DNA of 64,000 bases from Macrostomum lignano (lineage: Eukaryota): NCBI GenBank assembly GCA_002269645.1, contig NIVC01000251.1, positions 620,001 to 684,000 of the forward strand. The letters are read 5' to 3'. Within the stretch, counting starts at the first letter, position 1. Every line of letters begins with the position of its first letter. Position numbers and translations under genes: made by a program. Shown one piece after another: positions 39,201 through 51,300 of the stretch. The notes under the pieces are model-generated. The model ran no database searches and was not told the origin of the DNA. It saw only the letters and a list, made by a program, of their open reading frames with translations.

Positions 39201-42200
39201 GAGGAACTATTCTCAGGTGAGATTGAGAGGCGATTCTCAGGTGAGATTGAGAGGCGATTCTCAAGTGAGATTGAGAGGCGATTCTCAGGTAAGATTGGGG
39301 GCGACTCTCAGGTAAGACTGAGGGTAGATTCTCAAGTGAGATTTGGGCGACTCTCAGGTGAGAATGAGAGGCGATTCTCAGTGAGATTGAGAGGCGATTC
39401 TCAGGTGAGATTGAGAGGCGATTCTCAGGTGAGATTAAGAGGCGATTCTCAGGTGAGATTGGGGGCGACTCTCAGGTAAGACTGAGGGTCGATTCTCAAG
39501 TGAGATTGGGGAGATTCTCAGGTGAGAATGAGAGGCGATTCTCAGGTGAGATTGAGGGGCAATTCTCAGGTGAGACTGATGGAAATTCTCAGGTGAGACT
39601 GATAGGAAATTCTCAGGTGATTGTGACACAGGAGGGTTGCACTATACCAGAGTCGGCAGCAGCTGCAGCAGCTGATTTCGGCACAGTCGATGCAGCAGCA
39701 GCAGCAGCTGGATGCTTTTTCTTGTTGCTTTTGTCAGATCGAGCACCCGAAGAAGCCATACCGGTAGCTACAGTTGCTAACGGAGTAGAGTGAATGCACG
39801 GCTGCTTCTGGGACTGCTGCTGCTGTTGCGAAGTTGCCTGGGCGATTGAAGCAGTTGACGCCGGCGGCTGAGACTTTTCAGTAGTAGAGACCTGATTGGC
39901 TCCGGCTGGCGAGGGAGACTGATGAGAGTTGGAAGTGGGGGTGTAACGATTGATAGATTTAATCATCAACAGATTAAAAGTAACAGACTTCTTTAAAGAA
40001 ATTTGGTAAACAAGAATCTTCAAGAGAAGGATTAGCGAAAATTAAGGGGCGAATCTAATTTAGCTGAGGATTAGGGGCGATTCTTATCAAGATTGGGATT
40101 AGGGCGATTCTTATTTAGCTGAGGATTAGGGGCGATTCTTATCAAGATTGGGATTAGGGCGATTCTTATTTAGCTGAGGATTAGGGGCGATTCTTATCAA
40201 GATTGGGATTAGGGCAATTCTTATCAAGATTGGGATTAGGGCAATTCTTATCAAGATTGGGATTAGTGCGATTCTTATTTAGCTGAGGATTAGGGGCGAT
40301 TCTTATCAAGATTGGGATTAGGGCAATTCTTATCAAGATTGGGATTAGTGCGATTCTTATTTAGCTGAGGATTAGGGGCGATTCTTATCAAGATTGGGAT
40401 TAGGGCAATTCTTATCAAGATTGGGATTAGTGCGATTCTTATTTAGCTGAGGATTAGGGGCGATTCTTATCAAGATTGGGATTAGGGCAATTCTTATCAA
40501 GATTGGGATTAGGGCAATTCTTATCAAGATTGGGATTAGGGCGATTGTTATTTAGCTGAGGATTAGGGGCGTTTCTTATCAAGATTGGGATTAGGGCAAT
40601 TCTTATCAAGATTGGGATTAGGGCAATTCTTATCAAGATTGGGATTAGGGCGATTGTTATTTAGCTGAGGATTAGGGGCGATTCTTATCAAGATTGGGAT
40701 TAGGGCGATTCTTATTAAAGTGGGGATTAGGGGCGATTCTTATCAAGATGTGGATTGAGGGCGATTCTTATCAAGATGAGGATTAGGGGCGATTATTTTT
40801 TAGGTGGGGATTAGGGGCGATTCTTATCAAGATTGGGATTAGGGGCGATTCTTATCAAGGTGGGAATTAGGGGCGATTCTTATCAAGATTGGGATTAGGG
40901 GCGATTATTATCATGATTGGGATTAGGGGCGATTATTATCAAGATTGGGATTAGGGGCGATTCTTATCAAGATGGGGATTAGGGGCGATTCTTATCAAGA
41001 TGGGGATTAGGGGCGATTCTTATCAAGATGGGGATTAGGGGCGAGTCTTACCGAGGTTGGGATAAAGGGACAAAGGGATTATTATCATGATTGGGATTAG
41101 GGGCGATTATTATCATGATTGGGATTAGGGGCGATTTTTTAGCTGGGGATTAGGGGCGATTCTTATCAAGATGGGGATTAGGGGCAAGTCTTACCAAGGT
41201 TGGGATAAAGGGACAATATAATAGAATCATATTTCGAAGATTTTCAGGGACAGTACAGCTACAATCTAAAATTGACAGCCTAAAATGTCGCTTAAATGAT
41301 AGTAATACTACTCACATTCGCTGCAGACAAGTAGGAGTCTGGCAAATTAGTTATCTGCCCTAGTACAGATTGTACAGCGTTCAGGGCAGAATGAGAATTC
41401 TGCTGACTTCTTCTTTGGCGCTGACGATTGCCACTAGAAGCAGAAGACTCTGAACAAGCAGCAATCGATAAATGCTGATGCCGGTTGAAGCTCTGGCCTT
41501 GGCGAAGCTGACTGTATATGGAAGAGGTATACACAAAAACAAATAGTGTTCCAAGCTGGTGTTTGGTAAAAACTATATTTGAGCATATAAAAATATACAA
41601 TCACATCAAATTACCTTGGTAAAGATTGCCGACTAATTAATGATGTGTTGCCAGTGCCAGCAAATATATCAAAATTGTTCTTGGAGAAATTGAAATCAGC
41701 CTGCTCAATATCCTGAAAATCGACCAGATATTATGTTTAAAACAAAACATAAAATATTCATATTGAAATGTTTTTTTTCAAAAATGCTCACCAAATTCCA
41801 AGTGCCTCGATTTTTGGTGGCCAGGCGATTTCTTTTGCTATATAAAAAGTAAAATTAAAAGGTAATTATATAATCTATTGTTTTTTTCAACTTTACATCA
41901 ATTATTGCTCTACTATAGTTATGTCTATGGCTATAGATATATATTATACCTAAAACAAAAAATTGTGAAAAGCACTTAAAATAAAATTATGCTATCTAAT
42001 GTGGGTCAATGAAAAAGTAAAAAAATCTGTTTGGTAATCCTCAATATATAATATATTGACCATTTATTAATTTATCAATCCACAAAGATATATACCATTT
42101 GTTCATATAAAAATAATTGATATTCTGTTATAGCAATACATTATGGCACCAACATACTTTAGTAACTAGTATTGTCTTAACAAAACCATTATTAGCCTAA

Positions 42201-43864
42201 AATATTTTATACTTATATGTGAATGAAATAATGAAATATTTTTGTGATAATTGATATATTTAGCTATGCTTTAATGGTATTGTCTACAATGTGGGATGTC
42301 AAAAGCCATACATAATTTAGACTAGTTAAAGTAAAGGTATCAATCATATAAGGAGTACTTTAGAAAATTGAAGTTTTACACAAATGGAAAAGCACTATGT
42401 AAAGTAAATAGAAGCTATAAGAAATTAGGAATATATTTTGGTCTTTATAGAAGAAAAGTTAATAATTTGTAGATGGCATCTAAAGCATATGGTTAGCAAT
42501 GGTTAGCATTGTGTAATATGAGTATGCTTTTGCATTTTGAATTCATTCTATAATACTTACTAACCTAGCAAACTTAAATGTACAGCAAAACAAGGTTTAC
42601 ATAATGCTAAGACATAATAAATGATTTATACTCAAATCTAAAGTGCATATCTATTTGAATCAAGGGATAATAGCTACTACATGCCAAATTGAATGTGCAT
42701 TTATAGAAAGCAAAAAGTTATTTTAGGTATATGCACACAATCAGGTTAAATAGACCAATGTACAAGTTAGTCAGTCAACCCTAACCCCCCACATAGCTTG
42801 GGCTAGGTAGGCAATTCCCACCCTTAATCTCTAGGATTAATGGTGTACAGATGCGGTGTGATAAGCAGATAGATACCAGGGCACCTAAATGGCAGCTTCT
42901 AAGATATGCTTAGGCCTATATTTGTTTGCCATATGAAAGTTTTAATATTTATTTTGAAATCAAAATTCTCAAATGAAAAAAAGGCAATGGTCTTTTTTTA
43001 CTCTTTTTTTGCCTCATTAAACTTACTTCAATCTTATAAAAATATGGCTGTAATTAAAAATTTTAGCATCTCTTACTCACTAGGCCTAATTAGACCTATG
43101 TTATAGACTATAGGGTCTTTTAAGCAATTTTTTGTGCAAACAATGTTATATTTCTAATTATAGGCCTAATTTAAATGCAATATTGACAATGCAAAATATT
43201 ATAGAATAATATTTATAACTTTTTAATTTTATATTATAATAAATAAAACAAGAAATAAAAGCCACAATATTAAAATCAACAAAAAATGATAATAATAGGT
43301 ATAGTTTTATATCTAGAACATTTTTTTATTTTTGCATTGAATGCAAGACAAAAATGAATAAGACAGGCTATAACCTTATTGCAGCCAATGGCTTTATTAA
43401 AATCCTGGCTATAAAAAGGGTCTATATAAAACAAAATTGAAAAAAGAAACAATTAAAAGCAAATAAGCCAATATTTAGCTAGAATTTAACTTGAAACTTA
43501 TTTAAATATTACAAACAACTTGCCTAGAGTGTTACAAAATTGTCTTCTTATCTTTACTTAGGTTTATGTCTGACTAGGCTAGGCCTAGACTAGATGCAAT
43601 ATGTAATAATGATTCATGACAAGAAAACAATATTTTTAAAAGCCAATTACAATTTAATAAACTTTTATACCTGTCAATAGTGCTGCCAAGATTTTCCTCA
43701 AATGCTTTCCTCTTTCGACTTGATTCAGAGCCACTGTGATGAACAAGAACGACTTCTGAATTTCTATGTGTTAGTGTAGGCCTTTGGATAGGAGCCACCT
43801 GCTCTTGACTTGGTCTCTCAGTTTCACTTTGAGGGAAAAAGAAATTACGAATAAAGCGGAACAT
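33241..43864 (-). CDS. senp1: SUMO-specific protease, SENP1/2-Ulp1 type (peptidase C48); exons 43864-43671, 41837-41792, 41712-41615, 41511-41316, 40017-39648, 37345-37240, 37143-37059, 36206-35769, 34411-34079, 33306-33241 (about 643 aa)
   Basis: Catalytic domain LNWLNDNIVNFYM, FSTFFYTKL, VRRWT, HLHNNHW, YLDSL, QQENGSDCGVF, MPYFRKR with an intact His-Asp-Cys triad. All nine GT-AG joins are phase-consistent and the chain is open. N-terminal exons are less certain than the catalytic exons. Confidence 0.88.
33490..33960. repeat. About 54-bp GA-rich tandem repeat in SENP intron 9
   Basis: GAGAATAGAGAATATAGATATACGAGAATCGAGAATGGATGAGATTTGAGATAT, about 5 clean copies. Confidence 0.88.
34490..35720. 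repeat. 22-bp minisatellite (GGGAATCCCCAACCCAGACACA)n in SENP intron 8
   Basis: About 55 copies. Confidence 0.95.
36230..36920. repeat. About 41-bp minisatellite (GGATTAGGATTGGATTAGGGAATATCTACGTTAATCCTATG)n in SENP intron 7
   Basis: About 16 copies. Confidence 0.92.
37365..39610. repeat. 24-bp minisatellite (GAGGCGATTCTCAGGTGAGATTGA)n with higher-order blocks, filling SENP intron 5
   Basis: About 85 units; the marker ACTTAGACTTAGACTTAGCTGCAG recurs near 37818, 38018, 38317 and 38567. Confidence 0.95.
40040..41210. repeat. 27-28-bp minisatellite (TTAGGG(G)CGATTCTTATCAAGATTGGGA)n filling SENP intron 4
   Basis: About 42 copies. Confidence 0.95.
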
Positions 43865-45341
43865 TATTGTTAGAACATTGTTTTGGATTTATTCGGAGAA
43901 GTATGAAAGCATAAGTTATAAAAACTTTCTGTTTACTACTGTCAATATATCTGTATTATCTAGTCTCTCTCAACCTCTCAACTTATATGTTATATTCAAT
44001 ATAAAGAAGTCAGCAGACAGTGATTTTGTCCGTCTGTTCAAATAAAAATGATGAGCATTAATAAGCCCTAAAAGAATGCGAAAAGAGTATGGTAAAATAA
44101 GTATATTAAGATGAGAAATATGATTCAAAATTCACAATTCTGACGGTATAGCTCCGAGAAAATCTTCTCCACCCCCACCTCAATTTATTACCGATTGGCA
44201 AATTTTTCTTAGAACTTTTAGATTCTTAGAAAATTTTTATTTAATTATAATAGACAGCTTGCTAAGAAGTTTTTTTAGTTTATTTAAATAATTAAATTGA
44301 CTCATCTAAAACATTTAAGTTATTGAAAACTTACTTCTACTTAGTTTTTTTGTTTTACTGCTAAAAATTAACATAAAAACGCAGAAATACAAATGAGATT
44401 CTTTCTACGAATGCATGGAATAATTACTTCCTGTTCTGCTTCTAAATGCTGCTGAAGCTGAGTTTTCTCAGCGTTGCAATATTACACTGCCATGCTACGT
44501 CTGCCTTCATAATATATATTCTGTATGTAGTTTTGTTCTTTCTTCTTTTTTGCTACTTCGATTTCGATTTCGACAGAGACTTCGACAACCGACAAATAGA
44601 TCTTTCTTGATGAACCGGCCGCCTAGCCTGAAAAATGTTTAAAGATCACCATACCAGTTTTGAAAAACCTTTTTTTCATTAGCTTTTATGTATAAGGTTG
44701 TTTAAAAACTGCGATTTTTCAAGTCTTCTCTGTTCCACTTGCTATATTTGATAACATTATGTATCGATTAACTGTGGCTAAGATCCTTGTTGATTAGCGT
44801 ATTCACAGCACACTGTGTTTAGGGAAAATTTGCCTGTTGTTTTTATCTAAGAATAAAATATTCAGCGGGATAGGCTTCAACAACTTCCCACTGTATCCGG
44901 ATGCCCAGACCAGAGTCCACCTGTTGTTAGAACAGTGATACAAATGTATGTTTTTTATAGCTATGTGGTATAATTTAACTTGCATTTGTAAATTATTAGA
45001 CTTTTAAAAGCCATTCTACTTTTACTAATTTTACTTTAACAGTTATTTTTAACAGTTTTATTTCATCTAAAACATTGCCTAACATCAAGCCACTTTTTAA
45101 GAACAAAATACTCGACTTAGCTTTAAAGGTTAGGTTTAAATGCTTCAATTGCTTTTCCATAATAGCTACTTAATATTGTATTGATTCTATACGTTATTTA
45201 TTTTGAAGTAGGGACACAAATATAATAGTTATTTTTGGCATAAATATTTTCCATTTAATAACAATTGCTAGTATGAATAGCATATCATAAAAGCTCTAAA
45301 ATATTCTAAAGAGAATTAGGTGTCTATACTTTTATCTTCAG

Positions 45342-48300
45342 GCGAAGTACTCAGACTTTGTTGGCTCCAATGTCAAGCAGAATGGGGTCGATGATATGGT
45401 GCTTATACCTCGAATTAATGAGGCCGCCATCACTGACAACTTAAAGATTCGATTTCTGAACAATGCTATTTATGTGAGCTCATAATTTCTTCTGTTTTTG
45501 TCATTTGAAAATTATCATGAGTAAGATTTCAACTGAAAGCACCTAATTTAGACTCAGCAACATCTTGGTACTGATGACTCATATTTAATATGTTATACCA
45601 TAATTTTAATTTCCACAGACCTACATTGGACCTGTGCTGATTGCAGTTAACCCATTCAAAGATGTGAAAATCTTTGACGATAAATTTATCGACATGTACC
45701 AGGGCTCTGTGAGTTGCTTTTTGATACACAAAATGCATTAGAACTGCCATCATAAACTTTTTAATTATTTCTAAATAAAACTTTAGGCCCTGTTCGAGAA
45801 CCCGCCGCATATTTTTGCAATCGCCGATCACATGTACAGAAGCATGGTGTCCGAAATGGAGAACCAGTGCGTTATTATCAGGTAAGAGTTGCTGGTGGCA
45901 GCTCAAGGGGTCGTCATGAGATTCACAATTCCCATCCCATGACAGCCAACCCCCAGTGCACAGAGACTGTACATGCTTGACGATTAGAAAGTCAGGGCCT
46001 CATTTTCCTCTCGGTGCGACCTTTGACTCTGTGAAATTCGCAAATTTGCAATATGCTTAATTTACTAATAGTAGCTAAATCGCTTTTTCAAATATAAAAA
46101 AGTGGCGAAAGCGGCGCAGGAAAGACCGTCAGCGCCAAGTTGATCATGAACTACGTCTCAAAAGTGTCCGGCGGCTCGGGCCGTGTCGAAGAAGTTAAAG
46201 AAGTCATTTTGGAGTCCAACCCGCTGTTGGAAGCTTTTGGCAATGCGAAAACTGTGCGGAATAACAATTCAAGTCGATTTGTGAGTTCTCAATGGCGCAT
46301 GGAAGTTCGAATTTTTATATACAAAAATTCAATATCGAAAAATGAAACAAGGAATATTGACTGCATTGCATGAAATCCTTGCTTTACTCTCTCACCTCTC
46401 TCCCTCTCCCTCTCCCTCTCTCCCTCTCTCTCCCTTTGATTGTCTCTCTCCCTCTCTCTTCCTCTCCCTCTCTCTCCCCATCTCTCCCTCTCTTTTTCTC
46501 TGTCTCCATCTCACTCCCTCTCCCTGTCTCCCCCTCTACCTCTCTCTCCATCTCCCTCTCTTTCTCTCTGTCTCCATCTCACTCCCTCTCCCTGTCTCCC
46601 CCTCTACCTCTCTCTCCCTCTCCCTCTCTCTCTCCCTCTCTTCCTCTTTCTCCCTCTCTCTTCCTCTCTCCCTCTCCCTCTCTCCCTCTCTCTCCCTTTG
46701 ATTGTCTCTCTCCCTCTCTCTTCCTCTCCCTCTCTCTCTCCCTCTCTTCCTCTTTCTCCCTCTCCCTGTCTCCCCCTCTACCTCTCCCTCTCTCTCCCTT
46801 TCATTGTCTCTCTCCCTCTCTCTCCCTCTCTCCCTCTCTTTCTCTCTGTCTCCATCTCACTCCCTCTCCCTATCTCCCCCTCTACCTCTCTCTCCCTCTC
46901 CCTCTCTCTCTCCATCTCTCTCTCCCTCTCCCTCTCTCTCCTTTTCACCCTCTCTTCAACTGCTGCTTCCGCATAGCCTAGCGGGTTGCAGCCCAGTGGT
47001 CAGAGCATCGGACTCACAACTGAAAAGTCGGGGGTTCGATTCTCGACCTACTTTGGAACAATTTGAGTCCTTGAGAAAGACGCTTACATGTAACTTTGAA
47101 TTGCTTTAGTTCACCCAGCTGTAAAATGGGTGCCAGCATTAGCTGGGGTAATTGAGGCTGTGTGTGGTGACCCCCCAGTCCTTGGACTGAACAGCCGTAC
47201 GCAGCCTTCAGATGCGCCGCGCAATAGCTGCGGCTGAGCTGTCGGTTGCACATCTGGAATCCGTGATATGATACAACTAAAATATAAAAAAACGTATCAA
47301 AACGGCCCATTTCAGGGCAAGTACGTTGAAATTCAGTTTAGCCGAGGCGGCGAACCAGTCGGAGGAAAAATCTCTCAATTCTTATTGGAAAAATCTCGTG
47401 TTGTGCTGCAAAACTCGGGCGAACGAAATTTTCACATCTTTTATCAGCTTTGCCGCGGCACCAGACCGGAAATGAAAGGTTTGAAAATATTTGTTTAAAT
47501 TCATGAATTTTTTCTACATGGTTTTTTCACATGATTGGTTGTTCGCCTTCAATGCAGCCGCATTTAATCTGGCCGGACCCGAGTGCTTCTCCTACCTGAA
47601 CCAGAGCGGCTCCTTTGATGCTGACGGCATTGACGATGTGAAGGAATTTGGCGAAACTCTGGTGAGACATTCTCTTTCCGAATTTGCTTTTTTTTGTCGC
47701 TGCCAAATCTTTGTATTCAGGCTCGTGACAGCTGGCTGCAGTTTCAGTCCGCATATTGAGCTGCTTTTTTCGCGATCTCAACCCTCTCTGATCTCTGATC
47801 TCACCCTCTTAGATCTCTGATCTCTCCCTCTCAGATCTCTGATCTCACCCACTCAGATCTCAGATCTCTCCCTCTCAGATCTCTGATCTCACCCACTCAG
47901 ATCTCAGATCTCTCCCTCTCAGATCTCTGATCTCACCCACTCAGATCTCAGATCTCACACTCTCAGATCTCTCCCTCTCAGATCTCATCCCCTCAGATCT
48001 CAGATCTCTCCCTCTCAGATCTCTGATCTCACCCACTCAAATCTCAGATCTCACACTCTCAGATCTCTCCCTCTCAGATCTCATCCCCTCAGATCTCTGA
48101 TCTTACCCTCTTAGATCTTGATCTCACCCTCTCAGATCTCAGACCGCACCCTCTCAGATCTCTAATATCACCCTCCTAGACTTTTGATCTCACCCTCTCA
48201 GATTTATTGTCTCTTCCTCTTGGATCTCTGATCCTACCCTCTTAGATCTCCGATCTCACATTCTTAGATCTCCGATCTCACCCTCTTAGATCTCCGATCT

Positions 48301-51300
48301 CACCCTCTCAGATCTCATCATCTCACATCTCAGATCTCAGATCTCATCCTCTCACATCTCAGATCTCATCCTCTATATCTCTGATCTCGCCCTTTCATAT
48401 CTCTGATCTCGCCCTCTATCTTACTCTCATATCTCAGATCTCACCTTCTCAGATCTCAGATCTCTTCCTCTCAAATTTGATCCCCCGTCTGATTTCTCTT
48501 CTTTCATTATTTTTCCGCCAATTTTCTGATCAAATTTACATATCATAGCGCAGTGAAACACTTTTTCCTATACTATCTGCAGTTCGTTTAGAATGGTTTT
48601 ACATTTAAATTCTTGTAAATTATACCTAATACGCAAGAACCATGCAAACACGGCAGATATGTTGGATTCCGACAATTTTTACAATTTCGCTCACTTACGG
48701 CAAGCGCTTGTATTGCGCACAATTCATCAGCCATAATATAAACGAATCCAGTTGTCTCGCCCTCTTCTCACCTCTCCCTGTGTACAGTTCACAGGCTAAA
48801 TTTGGACAAACTTTTTATTGAGCCATTTTATTTATCTTGTTTAGTTTATCATCAGCATAGCTGTCCACTCCGCTAACCCCCCCCCCACCCCCACTCCGTA
48901 ACCCCCTCATCTGCATTTTCCATCTGTGTTCTTAGAGAAAGACGGAGAAAGATCAGCGTAGCCAGTCGTTTTATAGAGAAGCAGACAGGGACTTCCCTAG
49001 ACGCTAGCGACCAAATCAGCCTTTAACGAACCAAAGTTGGGAAACTCGAAAGTGAAGGATCCGCATTTTGTTTTGGACACCAAAATAAGGAGCGCCAATT
49101 ATAGGGCGCCAAAATAAGGAGCGCCAACTTTACTTCGCCAAATAAGGAGCGTCAACTATAGGGCGCCAAAATAAGAAGCGCTAAAATAAAGAGCACCAAC
49201 TATAGGGCGCCAAAATAAGGGGCGCCAAAATAAGGAGCGTCAACTATAAGGCACCAAAATAAGAAGCGCCAACTATAGGGCGCCAAATAAGGAGCGTCAA
49301 CTATAAGGCGCCAAAATAAGAAGCGCCAAAATAAGGAGCGTTAACTATAGGGCGCCAAAACAAGGAACGTTAACTATAGGGCGCCAAAACAAGGAACGTT
49401 AACTATAGGGCGCCAAAATAAGAAGCGCCAACAAGGGCGTAACTATGTAATTATACGGTAAACTTTCAACAAGAATTTAAAGAAACGGTTCTAGTGCTTC
49501 TAGTCCAGATTTTCAAAGATCCTTGACCGTATTAGGTGTGGGTTAAAATTATCTGAGACAGTACAGGGTGCAGTGAACATTAATTGCATTTATAAACTGC
49601 TGGATGGAACTTCATTCAATATAGAGATGCTTTACTGGTTTAAGTAAAAGAATTTTCGGCGTTTATAGTGTCTAAAAATAGTGAATCATTTTTTTATAAT
49701 AATTACTAGTTATTTCTTTCCACACAAAAATAGAGCCAGCTACTAGCTCACAATAATAGACACGCACCAGTTTGTACATTCTCACTACTCTACTTGCTAA
49801 GTAGAAATATAAACAAATAGCTGCCTTTATAGTATTAAATTTAGAAAAAAAGAACAGGACAAATTCAACAAGTTTCGTTTTAACGTGGTTATGAATTTTG
49901 CTTAAACTTTTTTTAATTCAGCACGCAATGGAAGTGATGGGCATGGATGAGTCAGTTCAAGAGGACATCATCAGCGTGCTTAGCGGAATTTTGCACCTGG
50001 GCAATGTGCAGTTTCGCTCAGCCGCCGGCGACGATCAAGTCGACGTGGTGGACGTTCGCCAACTGGAGAGCCCGGCTGCGTTTCTGCAGATCGACTGCGA
50101 GACTCTGCGGCTGAAGCTCACCAGCCGGCTGATGGAGAGCAAGTGGGGTGGCAAGTCTGAGAACATCAATGTTCCGCTCAACCAGGAGCAGGCCTGCTAT
50201 ACTAGGGATGCGCTGGCCAAGGGCCTGTACTCAAGGCTGTTCGACTTCATTGTTGAGGTAAGAATCGGCCCTTGAATCGATCCTGAAGAATCGCCCCTGA
50301 ACTTGGCCTGAAGAATCGCTCCTGAACTGGCCCTGAAGAATCGCTCCTGAACCAATACTGAAGAATCGCCCCTGAACCGATCCTGAAGAATCGCCCCTGA
50401 ACTGGCCCTGGAGAATCGCCCCCTGAACCGATCCTGAAGAATCGCCCCTGAACCGATCCTAAAGAATTGCCCCTGAACCGATCCTGAAGAATCGCCCCTG
50501 AACCGATCCTGAAGAATCGCCCCTGAACCGATCCTGAAGAATCGCCCCCTAAATAGATCCTGAAGAATCGCCCCCTGAATTGATCCTGAAGAATCGTCCC
50601 TGAACCGATCCTGAAGAATCGCCCCCTGAATAGATCCTGAAGAATCGCCCTTGAATCGATCCTGAAGAATCGCCCCCTGAACCGATCCTGAAGAATCGCC
50701 CCTGAACCAATCCTGAAGAATCGCCCCTGAACCAATCCTGAAGAATCGACCCTCCCTGAACTGGCCCTGAAGAATCGCCCCTTGAACTGGCCCTGAAGAA
50801 TCTCCCCTGAACCAATCCTGAAGAATCGACCCTCCCTGAACTGGCCCTGAAGAATTGCCCCTTGAACTGGCCCTGAAGAATCTCCCGTGAACTTGGCCCT
50901 GAAGAATCGCCCCTGAACTGGCCCTGAAGAATCGCTCCTAAACTGGCGCTGAAGAATCTCCCCTGAACTGATCCTGAAGAGTCGCCCCTGTACCGATCCT
51001 GAAAAATCGCCCCTGAACTTGGCCTGAAGAATCGCCTGAAGGATTGACTTTGGTAACCCAAAAAATCGCCTCCAACAGTCCGTCAACAAGGCGATGGTGA
51101 CCCAAGGCAGCGAGGTCAACGTCGGCATCCTGGACATCTACGGCTTCGAAGTGTTCAGACAGAACGGATTCGAACAGTTCTGCATCAACTACGTGAACGA
51201 GAAGCTGCAGCAGATCTTCATCGAGCTGACGCTCAAAGCTGAGCAAGAGGAGTACCGCCAGGAGGGCATTCAGTGGTCGGAGATCCAATACTTCAACAAC

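Noticed and set aside
36230-41210. Interstitial telomeric repeat (TTAGGG within units)
   Set aside because: Only a single TTAGGG is embedded per 27-41-bp unit, never as tandem hexamers.
46983-47055. tRNA gene
   Set aside because: A/B boxes are present but acceptor and anticodon stems do not pair properly. It continues into a SINE body and recurs at 52520.
48660-48735. Hammerhead ribozyme candidate (CUGAUGA...GAAA on the minus strand)
   Set aside because: Stem II does not close between the two core motifs and no stem I/III pairing was found.
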